In this document: positions 50,669 through 64,000 of the stretch, one piece after another
Layout of the letters: the number at the start of each line of letters is the position of its first letter
How positions within the stretch are numbered: the first letter of the stretch is position 1
Assembly: GCF_006345805.1 (NCBI RefSeq)
Contig: NC_043003.1
Coordinates: 80,476,001-80,540,000 of the forward strand
Length of the DNA: 64,000 bases
Origin: Octopus sinensis
Lineage: Eukaryota
Reading direction: 5' to 3'
Notes under the pieces: generated by a model
What the model saw: the letters and a program-made list of their open reading frames with translations, nothing else
What the model was told of the DNA's origin: nothing
The model's database searches: none
Translations under genes and position numbers: made by a program

Positions 50669-51484
50669 ATGGTTTAAAGATAGACAGAATTCAGACTGAA
50701 AGGACGGATGGATTACAAAAATTAGTTACAATGTCTATGTATTATGAGCGTGAGCGTCAACTACTCAATCATACATAAATTACAATTAAAAAAACAATAA
50801 AAACAATCTAACGGATGATACAACCAAGTAAGTGCAATCCACAACCATCGAAGTTAACTTAATTACATCTCAAATCATACCAATCGAAACCCGTTCATGT
50901 CCAAGAGAGTCCCTCGTCACCACAACATAGAACAATAAGGTAGGTGTGTGTGTATATATATGTATACAACTAAGCATCTAAGTCTTCCCATATGTATAAC
51001 TGTAATAGAAAATATATAAACAATTACATCTTCAATAAAACTCTTCTATTTATTTAAGTTAATTGATATAAAAATTATTGTTAAAATTAACTAATGATAA
51101 TCTTCTATATTTATTGTTTATCAGAGGGATAATTCCGTAGTCGATATGAATAGAAACCCAATAAAGATTTTCTTTGTTTAAATAATTTATCGTTGGGAGA
51201 ATTCTGTAATAAACATTAATATAAACTTAAGGCTGGAAATGCGATAATCAAAGAACCCCATAGATATATATATTTAGGCTATAGTAATGGAAATCAAATT
51301 TGCTGAATTTTAAAGGGCTTACCAGATTTAAAATAAGTTCGAGTATTAATACGCACAGTTCACCCTGTTATTTATAGTAATACTAATACTAATTATTTCT
51401 TCTACCGTTAATAACAATGATTATCATGAGAATATTCTTTTGAATGTTTAAAAAATTTCCTTCTGGCAAGTAAAGAATATTTTA

Positions 51485-51535
<51 letters not shown>

Positions 51536-52646
51536 TATATATATATAATATATATATATATATATGCACATATGCATACCATTCACACAGACAGACAGGT
51601 AGACAGACAAGCACACAAAAACACAGAGACTCACAGATTCGCACACACACACACGCTCACGATCACACACACACACAAACAAACACATATACATATAGAC
51701 CGACAGACTGGCACACAGAAAAACAGACACACGCAAACACACGTGGACATACACATATACTCATTTATGAAATTCAATATACTCCTACAACATTTAGCAG
51801 TTAATCTATATCATAGGTAATGACTGAAAAATCTCTAAAATTAAGCATTTGGTATTTCCTATTGCTCTTCTTTTATATTTCACCTGATGTATATTTTAAA
51901 TGCCGATATAACCCAAAAGCATTCAACTGAATCATATGAGTTTTGCGTAATCTATGTATCACCTAAAGCAATAAGTGAGAAATACAAAACCCAGTGGATT
52001 ACAAATAAGTACATTGAAAATTAGATTTCAGGACATTTGAGGACAATAATCTCATATATATATTGCCAAACTAATGTGGGCGTGCAGAGAAATAGGACGA
52101 ATGCTACTGTGGATTAAATCCGAGAGGCGATCACCTCTAGCTAGCTATATGACGCACAAATCTGCGCCGATAACAATTTTGAACGTTAGTTTGGCAATAA
52201 ATATTAATACCCAGTACTGCTGCGGTATCTCCCCTTTAGAGACATTTAGAAATTATGACATTTCTATTTTTGAAAATCAGCTGCTCCATATTAATGAGGG
52301 GCAAATACACCAAAACCGGTCTGTGGGTGCCAACCCATCAAGGAGAAGTTGATAACTCCCCTGTTCTAAGGTATTATGGACGCAGATTTGTGCGTCATAT
52401 ATATATCTAGCTGGAGGAAATCGCCTCTAGGTACTAATCCACAGCAACATTTGTCCTATTTCTCTGGACTGCCAAGCTAATTTGGCAATAAGTATTAATA
52501 CCCAGTATTGCGCTGCTGCATCTATTCGTTAGAGAGATCTAGAAATTATAACACACCAACACACACACACACGCACACACACATACACACACACACACAT
52601 ATATATATATATACTCAAAAATAAGCAACAAGAATGACTCCGGTAA

Positions 52647-52734
52647 TTTGGTACTATTGTTTCGCACTACAACATTTTATTAAAAGTTGTAATTATTACA
52701 GCAGATTTAAGATGTTGAGTGCTCTTCAGCCAAA
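52647..52734 (-). ncRNA. Type I hammerhead ribozyme, homologous to 23646-23736
   Basis: UUUGG-CUGAAGA-GCACU CAACAU...AUGUUG (U) AGUGC-GAAA-CAAUAG-UA-CCAAA; intact core; GUA cleavage between 52652 and 52651; 38-nt tail to the TA tract. Confidence 0.9.
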
Positions 52735-53504
52735 AATATAGGTTTTCCAATAATACAAAAGCTTTTAAATCAAGTAGTAACATTTTAGAGAAGGTAGATA
52801 TACAGATAAAGATATACATATATATATAATATAAGAAAACAGAGAAATAATTAAAAATTAGTTATTAATTAAAACATTAGATATGATCTCTGACAGCTGT
52901 TTCGATTACAGACTCCTCAGAGTTGGCTAAAGATATACAATTAAGTGGTTATATTCCTGCTTGTTGAGTATACGGCTCAGACCGTTAACTGATAACATTT
53001 ATATACAAAGAACCGGATATAAGCTTCACAAAGAGGAGGAACGTAGTACATTATAATAAAAATAAGAAGAGAACAATATATCATTTTAAGGTGTTAGATA
53101 AAAGAAATTGCGAAAGTAGGTATATGAGTATAATTGCAATATATTACAATATATTATGCACCAATACCAATGCTATAGATAAGCAGTGTGTAAATTAATA
53201 TAGGCACATTGTTTTAGGTGTATTATAATATATAATATAATTAAATATTAGAGGTGAAAACGCAAATAGCCTAAAATAAAATAACTTTATAGCGTAAGAT
53301 ATAGTATGTTATTGCGTAGTTAAGTGATAGTGTGTTATGTAACTTGAAACATAAACAGAATGCAATACGGAGCAAATGTATATATATATATAATATTAGT
53401 AATTTTAAGTGAAAGGCATTCTAAAAGATTTGTTACACTTAGTGAGTACCTAAGAAGTCAAGTAACTTAAGAGTTGGACGAACTTAATTCTAGGGTTAAT
53501 TACT

Positions 53505-53507
53505 ATA

Positions 53508-53600
<93 letters not shown>

Positions 53601-53610
53601 GTTGTTGTTG

Positions 53611-53648
<38 letters not shown>

Positions 53649-53655
53649 GTTATTA

Positions 53656-53717
<62 letters not shown>

Positions 53718-53718
53718 C
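53505..53718. repeat. Compound triplet microsatellite (TAT)n(TGT)n(TAT)n
   Basis: Direct reading. Confidence 0.95.
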
Positions 53719-53991
53719 ATTATATACATGGTTATACTTGAAAGTTCATTAAATTCAAAATTGTTTGATACAGATAGAATCAGATAATATATGATAATGG
53801 GTAAGTAGGAGAAGATAAGATATGTTGATAAATAATAAAAGTAAGAATAGAAAACTTTAGTTGGAATCGAAATAGCTGTCAGAGATGACGGTTAATTTTT
53901 TAAAACTAATAGATAATTAACAATTATCTCTCTATTTGTGTATTTCTCTGTTTGTATATGCGTGTGTATGTGGTGAGTGAGTGTGTGTATG

Positions 53992-54051
<60 letters not shown>

Positions 54052-54084
54052 AGTGCGCGTGTGCATGCATAACTAACTGGCACG

Positions 54085-54380
54085 CCCTCGGTTATGACTA
54101 TGAGTGTTTCAGTTTATCCGATCAGCAGAACAGGAAATTAACGTGCAAGTGGCTGAGCACTCCGCAGACATGAATATTACAGCGTAGGTCTCAAGGGGAT
54201 GAAGTGTGACGCAGATTTCCACAAGGCTAGCCCCTTGAATTACAAGTACAGCTCAATTTTGTCTGTTGAGTGGACGAGATCAAAGTGAAATGTAGTGTGT
54301 TCCCCATGGACACAGCGCGCTGCCAGGAATCGAACTCACGACCTTACGGTCATTTGGCGATTACCTTGGCTACTAAGCCA
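54085..54380 (-). mobile_element. tRNA-derived SINE family C
   Basis: Minus-strand head ggcttagtagccaagg...gtcgtgagttcgattcctggcagcgcg (B box); body matches 10956-11070. Confidence 0.75.
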
Positions 54381-54691
54381 GTATTTTTATTTCAATCTAT
54401 CTGTCTATCTATCTACCATACATCCTGACACTGTGATACACGATCCCTATTGATCGTTTTTTTTCCTCTCCCGCTTTTTTCTTCTTTTTTCATTTTTTCT
54501 TTTGTTCCCTTTTTTCTTTTTTTTCTTTTTTTCTTTTCCTTTTTTCTTTTTTTCTTTTTTTTTCTTTTTTCCCTTTTACGATCCCTTTTGATCGAAAACC
54601 TACGCCACTTTGTTTTTTCTCCCCCAAAAGAAAAGCTCTACCATGTAACTTGTCCCCTCTGTGTGCAGCCCTGTGTGGCCAATAAAGAAAC

Positions 54692-54694
<3 letters not shown>

Positions 54695-54777
<83 letters not shown>

Positions 54778-54882
54778 GTCTGTATGTCTGTCTATCTATC
54801 TGTCTGTCTGTCCATCTATCTGTCTATCTATCTGCCTATCTACTTATCTATCTATGTATCTATGTATCTATGTATCTATATC

Positions 54883-54957
<75 letters not shown>

Positions 54958-55080
54958 GTCTATCTATCTGTCTGTCTGTCTATCTATCTGTATATCTGCC
55001 TATCTACCTACCTATCTATCTACCTATCTATCTATCTATCTATTTATCTATCTATCTATCTAACTGTCTATCTAGCTGTC
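54695..55080. repeat. (TCTA)n/(TCTG)n tetranucleotide array
   Basis: Direct reading; source of the YLSI-repeat shadow ORFs. Confidence 0.95.
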
Positions 55081-57134
55081 TGTCTCTCTAGCTGTCTGTC
55101 ATTCTGTCTGTCTCTGTCTCTGTCTCTGCGTGTCAGTCTTTCTATTTAGATATGTACTTAGGTACCTGTCTTTTTCCATCGCCCTATATATATATGTATA
55201 TATGCGCATGTTTATGCATGTTTGAGTGAGAGCATGTATACTCTCTCCCCCTCTCTCTGTGGTTTCTAAAATAAAAAAAAAATGATCATTTGACAGATGT
55301 ATTGATTGTCGTATTGATATGTGTTACTCTAATGAAAGTGTCATTCTGGAAGCGGAGTAACTGGATATATTCATTTGTCTAATTGCTTTCGTGTAATGAT
55401 TTTTATCACCGCTACATGTATCTCGTTTTGCTTTTTTAATTATTTTCTCTGAAGAAAACGTAAGTTTACACTACATTATTTTACGAAAAGTAGATGTACC
55501 AGGTACCAGGTTCTCTCTGAAAATATTTACAGAGTTAATATCCCATTGATGCACACCTATGATCAAGCCAAGGCAAGCAATTGAGTTTATTGCACTAATT
55601 TTATTTTATATGCCACAAATCTCAGGTTTGAGAAGAAATAGGTAGTTTTGAGTTTATGCGTTTCCAAAGGCTATATTAACATAACCGAAATAGGCGGATT
55701 TACTTCTCGAAGCACAAACTTAATTACATATGAAGGAAAGTGGAAAAGCAAAGTAGAAAGAACCACAGTTGTTTATCTGTGCAAGTTGCTATTGATCTTG
55801 TTAAGAAGAACAGCGAAGTCAACCTTGTAAGTTGCATAATGCTGTATAGGAGCACATATAGAGGATTGATCTAAAGTAATTTAAGGGGTCGAAACCTGAA
55901 GAAAGTGAGTTAGCTTGGCATTAGTTTATATTATTACGTAACACCAAGTAGGTTTCCATTTATTTGCTGTTACATAGTGATATACGTTAGGCATGGAAGA
56001 AACTACAGAACATCCTTTATAGGACGAAAATTCTAAAAACGGGAGATAATTGTTCAGATTATTTGTAAACTGAATAATCTCAAGAACGCTTGGCAATTTG
56101 ATTATGGTTAATTCTGACTTCGTTAGTGAGCATAGAATTGAAGTTTATAACACTTGTCATAGTGGTACATTTCTTAAATGACTAAAATATGCCGCAACAA
56201 CAGCACATTATGTTTTAAAATTCAATAATGATCCAGCGGATTTCAATGAAAAATACGCGTTGTGAAAGTAATGACTGAATCCAAGGACATTCTGCATTCA
56301 TTGTTGTTAGTTAAAGTCATTCCTCAAGTTTTTAACGTCAAGAAGACTTGGAAACTAACGTTCGAATTACATACAGTTTTCAAATTGTATATATTCTGTA
56401 GTAATCCCTGTTGAAATTAATTTCATGCCAAAGAGTGCTGAGTGCCGGTTGTGATTACGCTTGGTTACGTTTTTATCATTCCCTTCAATGACGTTTTTGC
56501 TACATTTCGGAATTTTCTGAAAATCGGGTGATATTATTTGTCGTTGTTATTTTAACAGCCTTTTAGCGGCCGACGAACAGAGCCTGATGTCGAAGTCGTT
56601 TAGTTGTGAAATGTATTGAGGTTGGATGGATGCCATACCAGGCATTCTGTAAGTGCTTCCTATGGCAGATATAAATAATTTCACGGCATTTGTGATTGCA
56701 CAAGATTAATGCCTAATTTAAATGTAAAAATCAAGCGAAATAAACAACATATTTGTGCAGATCTAGGTAACTTGTAGATTTGCTAGTCATTTTTTGGTGT
56801 CGATACTACTCTTTATCTCGCTATCACAATACCAATGATGTTATCAGTAAGAGTCACAGTGATAAATATTATATATACAGCGGGGAGAAAACGCTATGCT
56901 GTTAAGTAAAAGATGATTCTCTTATGTAAATGTTGTAAATGCTGGTATAATTTTTAGAAGGCAGTCAGAGACATGTTATTAAGTGAAATTTTACACTCCG
57001 CCTCAGATTTGTCGTCCATTATAGATATATCCATATGTCTGATCTATATGTATATGCAAAAATAGAAAACATAATAGAATGAATTTGCTAATATGAAAGA
57101 CAATCACAACCTCCTATCCTCTCATTGCATGACG

Positions 57135-57192
<58 letters not shown>

Positions 57193-57291
57193 CTCAGAGG
57201 GACAGAAACAACCAAAATTAGACTGGTTGAATATCTTATAATATGAGCACACATATATATTATCATATATACTAATATAAATACCAAGAAC

Positions 57292-57495
57292 GAAGATGGA
57301 AATAAGGTTAATAAAAATTTATTAATACATTGACAAGACCTACAATTGTTTCAGTTCATCGCTTAGAGTATAAAATCAAATTAAAGTTAATTAAATCAGT
57401 TTGCTTAATTAATTAACCAAAACAAGAGCTGAATGAAACAATTGTAGATCTTGTTAACGTATTAATAAATTTTTATTAATCTTATCTCCATCTTC
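57292..57495. repeat. Inverted repeat with arms of about 62 bp, each carrying the 3' half of a hammerhead
   Basis: 57292-57353 and 57434-57495 are reverse complements; each contains GAAA-CAATTG-TA-G(G/A)TC; no CTGANGA in phase. Confidence 0.75.
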
Positions 57496-57952
57496 TCTAC
57501 TCCAAATTGAGGAAGTGGAACATATAAAATGGGAGCTACGGGTTTCTTAGGTAGCTGATTTCTGAGATAATAGTTACTCAACAAGACATATTCGGCTTAG
57601 CTAATCAACCTTAATTAAATAAATGTTACCTTGTCGCTTGGAAATTCTTCGTACTTAGATATATATTAAAAAAATGTGCAACATTTTATGGAAAAAAATT
57701 GCTAATGTTCCTTTGCGTACACCCACCACTTTTACTTCTCTCTACCTGCCATAGACTGCCTGAAGCTTACAAACTTCCGACATTCGCATCCCTGGATCTT
57801 GCCCTTAACCCCCCCCACACACACACACTCACACATACACACACACACACTCACACATACACACACACACACACACGCACACGAACATACACATATGTAG
57901 GTACACACACACAAGCATACACACTTATGTAGGTAATGACACACACTGATAC

Positions 57953-57984
<32 letters not shown>

Positions 57985-59250
57985 ACATTAATATACATAT
58001 ATATGTGCATTAAATTCTGACGGCAAAATGTCCAATCGTTCTTATCTGAAGTGCTCGGTAAATATGAGATTAAATTGAGTTACTGAGTTCTCACCCTTTG
58101 CGTAGGAGAGAAATGTCGAATGATGTTAAGGACTTCAAAAAATATTCATAAGAAATACAGGAAAAATTACTTAAATGGAAACGGGTATGTTGTAAGTATG
58201 GCACTTGATATTTAAAAATAGATATTTAAAAGGTGAGATTTACCATGATTTTGATATTTCATCATAGCTAATTTACATAAAACAAGTGAATTTTTCTCCT
58301 GGCAATTTTGTATTACACATGGAATTTAATCAGAGAAAAATATACATCGTATTGAGTAACAGCAACGTTTGTGTAGATAACTGTATTGTAATAAACTGTA
58401 AGATATGTGGGAGGAAATGAAAAATGTACTAGTATCAAGTACTGGATTACACGTTCCAAGTCCCATATTAATTGTTGTAATGTTAAGATGACTTAAGCTA
58501 CAAGTTCAGGTATAGATGCAGCTTCAGTATTATCTGTAGAATTACAAACTATTGTAGAGTGTGTTAAGAATCCTACTTTCAATATCGTCAAAGCTGGGTT
58601 CTATCAGAAGAGAATGATTTCAATGACTTCAATAGGATTCAATATGTTTGCCGTTGGATAGGATAACTCTCATATTTACTGATAAATAGGAGGTGCCAAT
58701 ATTTATATTTCTCTTTACTAGTAATGATAGCTGGAATTCTGATATTGAAGCCAATATTGATATACCAATGGTAGAGTTTCCGTATATTGAAAATTTTAAA
58801 TAATTGAAATTGTATGTCTATTAGTGATCGAACAAGAATTATTGGATCTCGCAGGGATTGCTTCCGGGCTGGTACACAAAATATTTGAGCCTGTTGTGTA
58901 CAACTGCATTCAAAATGATTTACCACTCAAATCTCATTGTTTAATATCGCTCTTGGTTGTCCCCGCAATATGAATGAAATTCAAATATATCTTAATTATA
59001 TAGTTTACATGTCCCCCAAATACAATATGCCGTACAGTCGATCGTAAAGGGTAAGGTACTAAGCGACTGCAATAGCATTTGCTGATTAATATAGTGGGAT
59101 TTATGTCCCTACCGGTAACCTACCGACGCGCATTGAAACTTTATCAAAATTCGTTGGCACATCCACTTTTGAAATAAAAATCCACTGTCCGTATTCACCC
59201 CCATCGACTGGGGGTGAATAGGAACAGGGAAAATTAATATGAGCGGTATA

Positions 59251-59560
59251 GAGAAAATAGTAAAATACTAGGACGTAGCCATTGAGTGAGATAGACTTTG
59301 GAAAGTCTGGGTAAAATGTATCCCTCTCATTATAGCTGCATAAGCCAATTAAAGATTTAAGCAGATGGAGAAAGGGATAGACACAACATTTAGTTTAGTA
59401 CAGGTCCAGAAAATAGTGTTATTAGGGACAGCTAGAATTCTTAGAAGGGTCTTTGGCATGTAAGGCTGCTTTTTGTAGCCCGGTGTGATGAATGTTTCTT
59501 TTCCAAGTCTAATACGTTGTGCGTAAGTGAAATAATAACATTAATAATATATCATTATTA
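59251..59560 (+). mobile_element. R4/Dong-like LINE 3' remnant
   Basis: EKIVKY*DVAIE*DRLWK...CIPLII...QVQKIVLLGTARILRRVFGM* (stop at 59461-59463), typical of the C-terminus of a restriction-like endonuclease domain. Confidence 0.75.
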
Positions 59561-59836
59561 TAATTTTTTTAGCAGCTCTATGTGTCTTGGATATGTGCTG
59601 TTGTATGTTGTCTTGCTCTTATTTTCACTGAATTAAAAATGCTTTACGTAGGACGTGTGCGGAGCCTAGTAGTACTATTTTTTGTATGATATATACATTT
59701 GTCAGTCCCGTTGCTTTGGTTATGTATCTGTCTGATGCTTCTTGTCATACATAATGCACCTACTATTATAGGAAGTGTTTGTTTTAGGCGCCACATTCGA
59801 ATTGCCACTGTCTAGAATACTTGTATTTTGAGTTTT

Positions 59837-59837
<1 letters not shown>

Positions 59838-59901
<64 letters not shown>

Positions 59902-59943
59902 CACCCACCATCACCACCACCACCACCACCACCACTACTATTA

Positions 59944-59975
<32 letters not shown>

Positions 59976-59985
59976 GTTATTATTT
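59838..59985. repeat. Compound triplet microsatellite (TAC)n(CAC)n(TAT)n
   Basis: Direct reading. Confidence 0.95.
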
Positions 59986-60451
59986 TATCTTTATCACAGG
60001 TTTTGTTTGAGCTCCTGGAGTCATGTATGCATAGCGGACTTACTACCTGCAGCTTACTGTACCATGATATTCGTTTTTTTCAGTTATCTAATACTTTCCT
60101 GATTATTCTAGCTGTGCCAAGGAGGGAAAACGTTTGTAACAGTTTGACTGGGCACTCTATTCCAATTTCTGTATATTCCTCTTGATGCCTTCTGATACTG
60201 CTCCGAGGACCCAACAATAATTGGCATTATCTTCATCTTCATTTTCCATAGACGCATTATTAAGTACTTAAGAGGGTCGTATTTATCTGTCTTCATCTTC
60301 TTGACTATTCGTGGGTCAAACGAGCATGCAACATCAACTATATAGCATGTATGGTGCACCTTGTCCGCCTCCACTAGGTCCAGTCTGTTATGTTCTTACA
60401 CCTGATCTGTTTGGATTGAGAAATCCCAGAGAATTTTGCTAGACTCCGACT

Positions 60452-60452
<1 letters not shown>
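59945..60452 (-). mobile_element. R4/Dong-like LINE 3' end with restriction-like endonuclease, 5'-truncated
   Basis: SKILWDFSIQTDQV*EHNRLDLVEADK...CYIVDVACSFDPRI...KYDPLKYLIMRLWKM...PIIVG and LGTARIIRKVLDN* (stop at 60080-60082); the 3' end runs into (TAA)n. Confidence 0.88.
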
Positions 60453-60520
<68 letters not shown>

Positions 60521-62271
60521 GAATTAAATAACAAGGATGTCAGGGTATTAGTGCATTACGGCCGTTTCAGGAGGCTCCATTTAATCGATCAATGCAAGCT
60601 CTACTTCTTTGGGTATATTGAATACTAACTGCATTAGATCTTTTCATGATAAATGTAGCTATATTATCATCTCATTATCCCCATTGTTATTTTCTTCTGC
60701 CACTCCAAATTATAGTTTGTGTATATACTCCCTAAGTTTATTCTACTACAATGATAGAAACAGACATGTACTACAATAATACCAACAGACATGTAGTACT
60801 TTTAGTCTTTAGTTCTCAGGAAAAATTTGCTAACAGATTATAAGGGAGTACTGTAATAATTTGCCCATTAAATCTTTGTCCTATATTAACTTTTCTATGT
60901 CGAAGGAACGGTGTGGATGATAATTTTGCTGACTGCTCTCTCTCTCTCTGTCTCCATCAACATGTGTGCGCGCGCGCTCATGTTCGTGTGTGTATATCAA
61001 GCGAAGAATGGTGGTACTACTATTACATTAAGAGTCTGTATTTGGTGTTCATATTCTTTGTAGGAAGGAGTTTCTGATAGACGTTTTGATATAAGAATTA
61101 TTAAAGATGACGGTATAGAATAGTAATTGACACGATAAATCTAGAAGCTGAATTCATTAATTGGTTTGTATTCAAATAGTTGTCTTTTTGAGAGAGTAAA
61201 ACACTGTTAAAGCTGTATATGAAGTGCAGAATGCCATGAATGAACCGTAAAAGGCAGGTCAAATTTAGCTTAATATTGTAAATGATCCGAAGAAGAACAA
61301 CAAAGGATGGAAGAGAAAAGAAGGAAGATGATATAGAAGTGAGGATAAGAGAGCGATAACTTAAAAGTGTAAGCACAATACCCTGTCTCGAATGACTACA
61401 CACATAAAGAGGGCAAAATTATTTTCAACAAGGACAAAAAATGTATTTAAAAATTCCACAGCCACTTTATTAGAATTATACGCTCAGAAATGCTGACATT
61501 ACAACAAAAAATTTCGCAAATTACAATATTGGGAAAATAGCAAAGCAAAATTCCGAATTCAAAAAATTTTGAATTGAAATTACTAGCATGCAAAGAATAC
61601 AGAAAATGTAGATATATAAAATTTTCAGCTTCAAAAAATGTATATTTAAACTTTTGAGATAGCCGTAATTCTACAAGCGCATATTCATGCATATATGCAA
61701 CATCGTGGACTCCGGATGTACGGATGCTCAGAAATTCATATAATTATTTGTATAGGCTTAATAGACAGATGCCTGATCCTGCATTTGCTTTGGTGATTGA
61801 TCACCATAATCATGTGCTGAGAATATGCGAGTAGAATATAAATGCAAACAAGGAGTGCATTGCACAATTTATACATACGGATTATATAGACAAATATTTA
61901 ACTTTCGATTACGAATCACTTGAGAAGCTGACAAACGATGAACGGTATCTAGAAAAGCAATAAACCACTATGTTACAATTTATTTAAGAATTACTTGACA
62001 ATCGGTTAAACCTGTAATAATAACCACATTTTCAATTGTAAGACAAGGATAAATGTTGTCAACACAGAAATTGCTGAAATTGTAGAATTGGTAAACCTCG
62101 AAAAGTAAGTAAAATAAAAAGCAGCAAGCATCGCAGAAGTGCATTTTGTTTCTTCCTTCTTTGTCTAAGGTTGCAATATTTGCTTTTAGCGAAATCTAGT
62201 CAATGTAAAAGGAAGAGTACTCTTATTTATAAAGAAAACCCGAATGTTTAAGAATATACCTATTTCTTTAC

Positions 62272-62491
62272 TATCCGCAAGGGGCTAAACACAGAGGGTA
62301 CAAACAAGGACAGAGAAACGGATTAAGTCGATTACATCGACCCCAGTGCGTAACTGGTACTTAATTTATCGACTCTGAAAGAATGAAAGGCAAAGTGGAT
62401 CTCGGCGGAATTTGAACTCAGAACGTAACGGCAGACGAAATACGGCTACGCATTTAGCCCGGCGTGCTAGCGTTTCTGCCAGCTCGCCGCC
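62272..62491 (-). mobile_element. SINE family A, well-preserved copy
   Basis: Nearly identical to 18996-19204, plus the head end gccagctcgccgcctt. Confidence 0.92.
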
Positions 62492-62857
62492 TTCGAATGT
62501 TTAAGAATATACCATCTGCAACATTTTATGATAATGTAAACGTGATTTCATCTATGTCACCCCTTACACCAGAAACACGTAAACTACATGCGTACGCATT
62601 AGAGGTAAAACGAAAATCAATTCAACACGTTGAATTCGCGCAATGTATATATTATACATGTTTAAACATACAAAATTGCAACCACTGATCGCATCCAGGA
62701 GTTAACATTCTAATATTCAAACGAAGGAGTTTCAACATTGATAGCAACGTACCATATTTATTAACATTAATTAATACTTATTATGAAGGCGGGGAGCTAG
62801 CAGAATCTCCAGCCGGTATCAAATTACTATTTATTAAGTTATTCATGTGTGCGTTCA

Positions 62858-63693
62858 AAGTGTGATCAATAAGTATCAGGGCTGTGATCATAGTAACGAA
62901 GCTAAAGCACGCAGAATAAAGCCGCTTGGTAAAGATTGACTTTGACCTCTGCTGTGCAAAGGCACTAAGTTTTAACGATTTAGCTGTTTACAGCTGTGCC
63001 TGGAAGGAACGAGTGTAGCGTGTGATCGTCACATTTACCATGACAGAGAAAGTTGTCATCGTGATATCTGTTGCAGAAAGTGTATGGAGAGGTGTGTATG
63101 AGCCGCACAAGAGTGCACGAGTTGTTCAAACGTTTCGAAAAAGTGTCGATATTGAGAATCGTTCTGGGAGACCCGCAATCAGCAGAACTTAGAAATACAT
63201 TGCAGAGATGCGTGCAACTTTGAGAGGGAATCGACGAATTACCACCTGTGAGTTATCAGATGTGCACATTAGTTATGATTCGGTTCAATTCATTGTCACC
63301 AAAGATTTTCGTATGCAACGCGAGTCTGCCAAGTTTGTGCCAAAACTGCTTTCAGTTGACGAAAATGACACACGGGGTTTCAGTTGCACAAGGTCTCCTT
63401 CATTATGTCGAGAATGATGCACACTTTTTTGAAAGCTTTACCTTGGCCTCTGAGCAGGTGTGGTCATGCGCTTGGCAAAATTTGATGCTGATTCACTGCT
63501 CAAATTTTTCTGTTATGTTTGATGCGACGATCATACGCAACAAACCTTCCTTCCAAGCACTACTGTAAACACCGGGAGTGCGCTAGAATGTTAAAACTTA
63601 GTGCGCATGCAGAGCACAGATCAAGGTTAATCTGTGCCGAGCAGCTTTAGCTTCATTATTATGGCAGCGTTCCGGGTACTTATTGATCAGATT

Positions 63694-63694
<1 letters not shown>
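62858..63694 (+). mobile_element. Internally deleted mariner with long degenerate TIRs
   Basis: tgatcaataagta...gaagctaaagc...gcactaagttttaac at the left end, mirrored by gttaaaacttagtgc...gctttagcttc...tacttattgatca at the right. Internal NRRITTCELS...SAKFVPKLLS (compare WVP). Confidence 0.85.
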
Positions 63695-63730
<36 letters not shown>

Positions 63731-64000
63731 AATTAATAAATAAAATATATGCATACATACATATATGTATGTACCTAGGTAGGTACGTACATATATGTAT
63801 GTATGTATGCATATATATTATTTATTAATTTATTGCATGACTGAGCGCCCTCGCGTCGTTTCGTTTCGTTTCTTTTCTTTTCTCCAAGTAAGTTTTTATA
63901 TATGATTATGACGCGAAACTCTGTAACCCTATGCTTGACCTTCCCTTCCGCTTTGCCTATCTCTCTCCTTCTTATTTTTCACCCTTTCTGGTTTCCTTTC

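Noticed and set aside
54450-55149. 213-aa and 162-aa ORFs
   Set aside because: Translations of a pyrimidine tract and a (TCTA)n array.
55441-55480. CTGAAGA-AAAC gtaa GTTT hairpin
   Set aside because: No GAAA after stem II and no stem I or III; chance match.

Overview
AT-rich, microsatellite-dense eukaryotic DNA, probably intronic or intergenic. The SINE families and the repeat density suggest an octopus or other coleoid cephalopod genome (inference, no database search). No host gene can be named; only weak candidate exons were found. Most of the window is mobile-element debris: four tRNA-derived SINE families, Tc1 and mariner remnants, R4/Dong-like LINE remnants and a foldback element with a telomere-like core. 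The main signal is a set of (TA)n-associated Penelope-like retroelements (PLEs) carrying type I hammerhead ribozymes (HHRs). One PLE at 20328-23509 is 5'-truncated and interrupted by two frameshifts. It has an RT with YRDD, a C-terminal GIY-YIG endonuclease and inverted pseudo-LTRs, each containing an HHR with a palindromic stem III. Around it are several short elements with no recognisable ORF that carry their own HHRs. In total there are six HHRs with an intact CUGANGA/GAAA/UH core and about eight variant or decayed ones. Related copies show compensatory stem changes, and one tRNA-headed SINE has a hammerhead-like tail. All alignments and folds were done by eye; ribozyme activity and novelty are untested.
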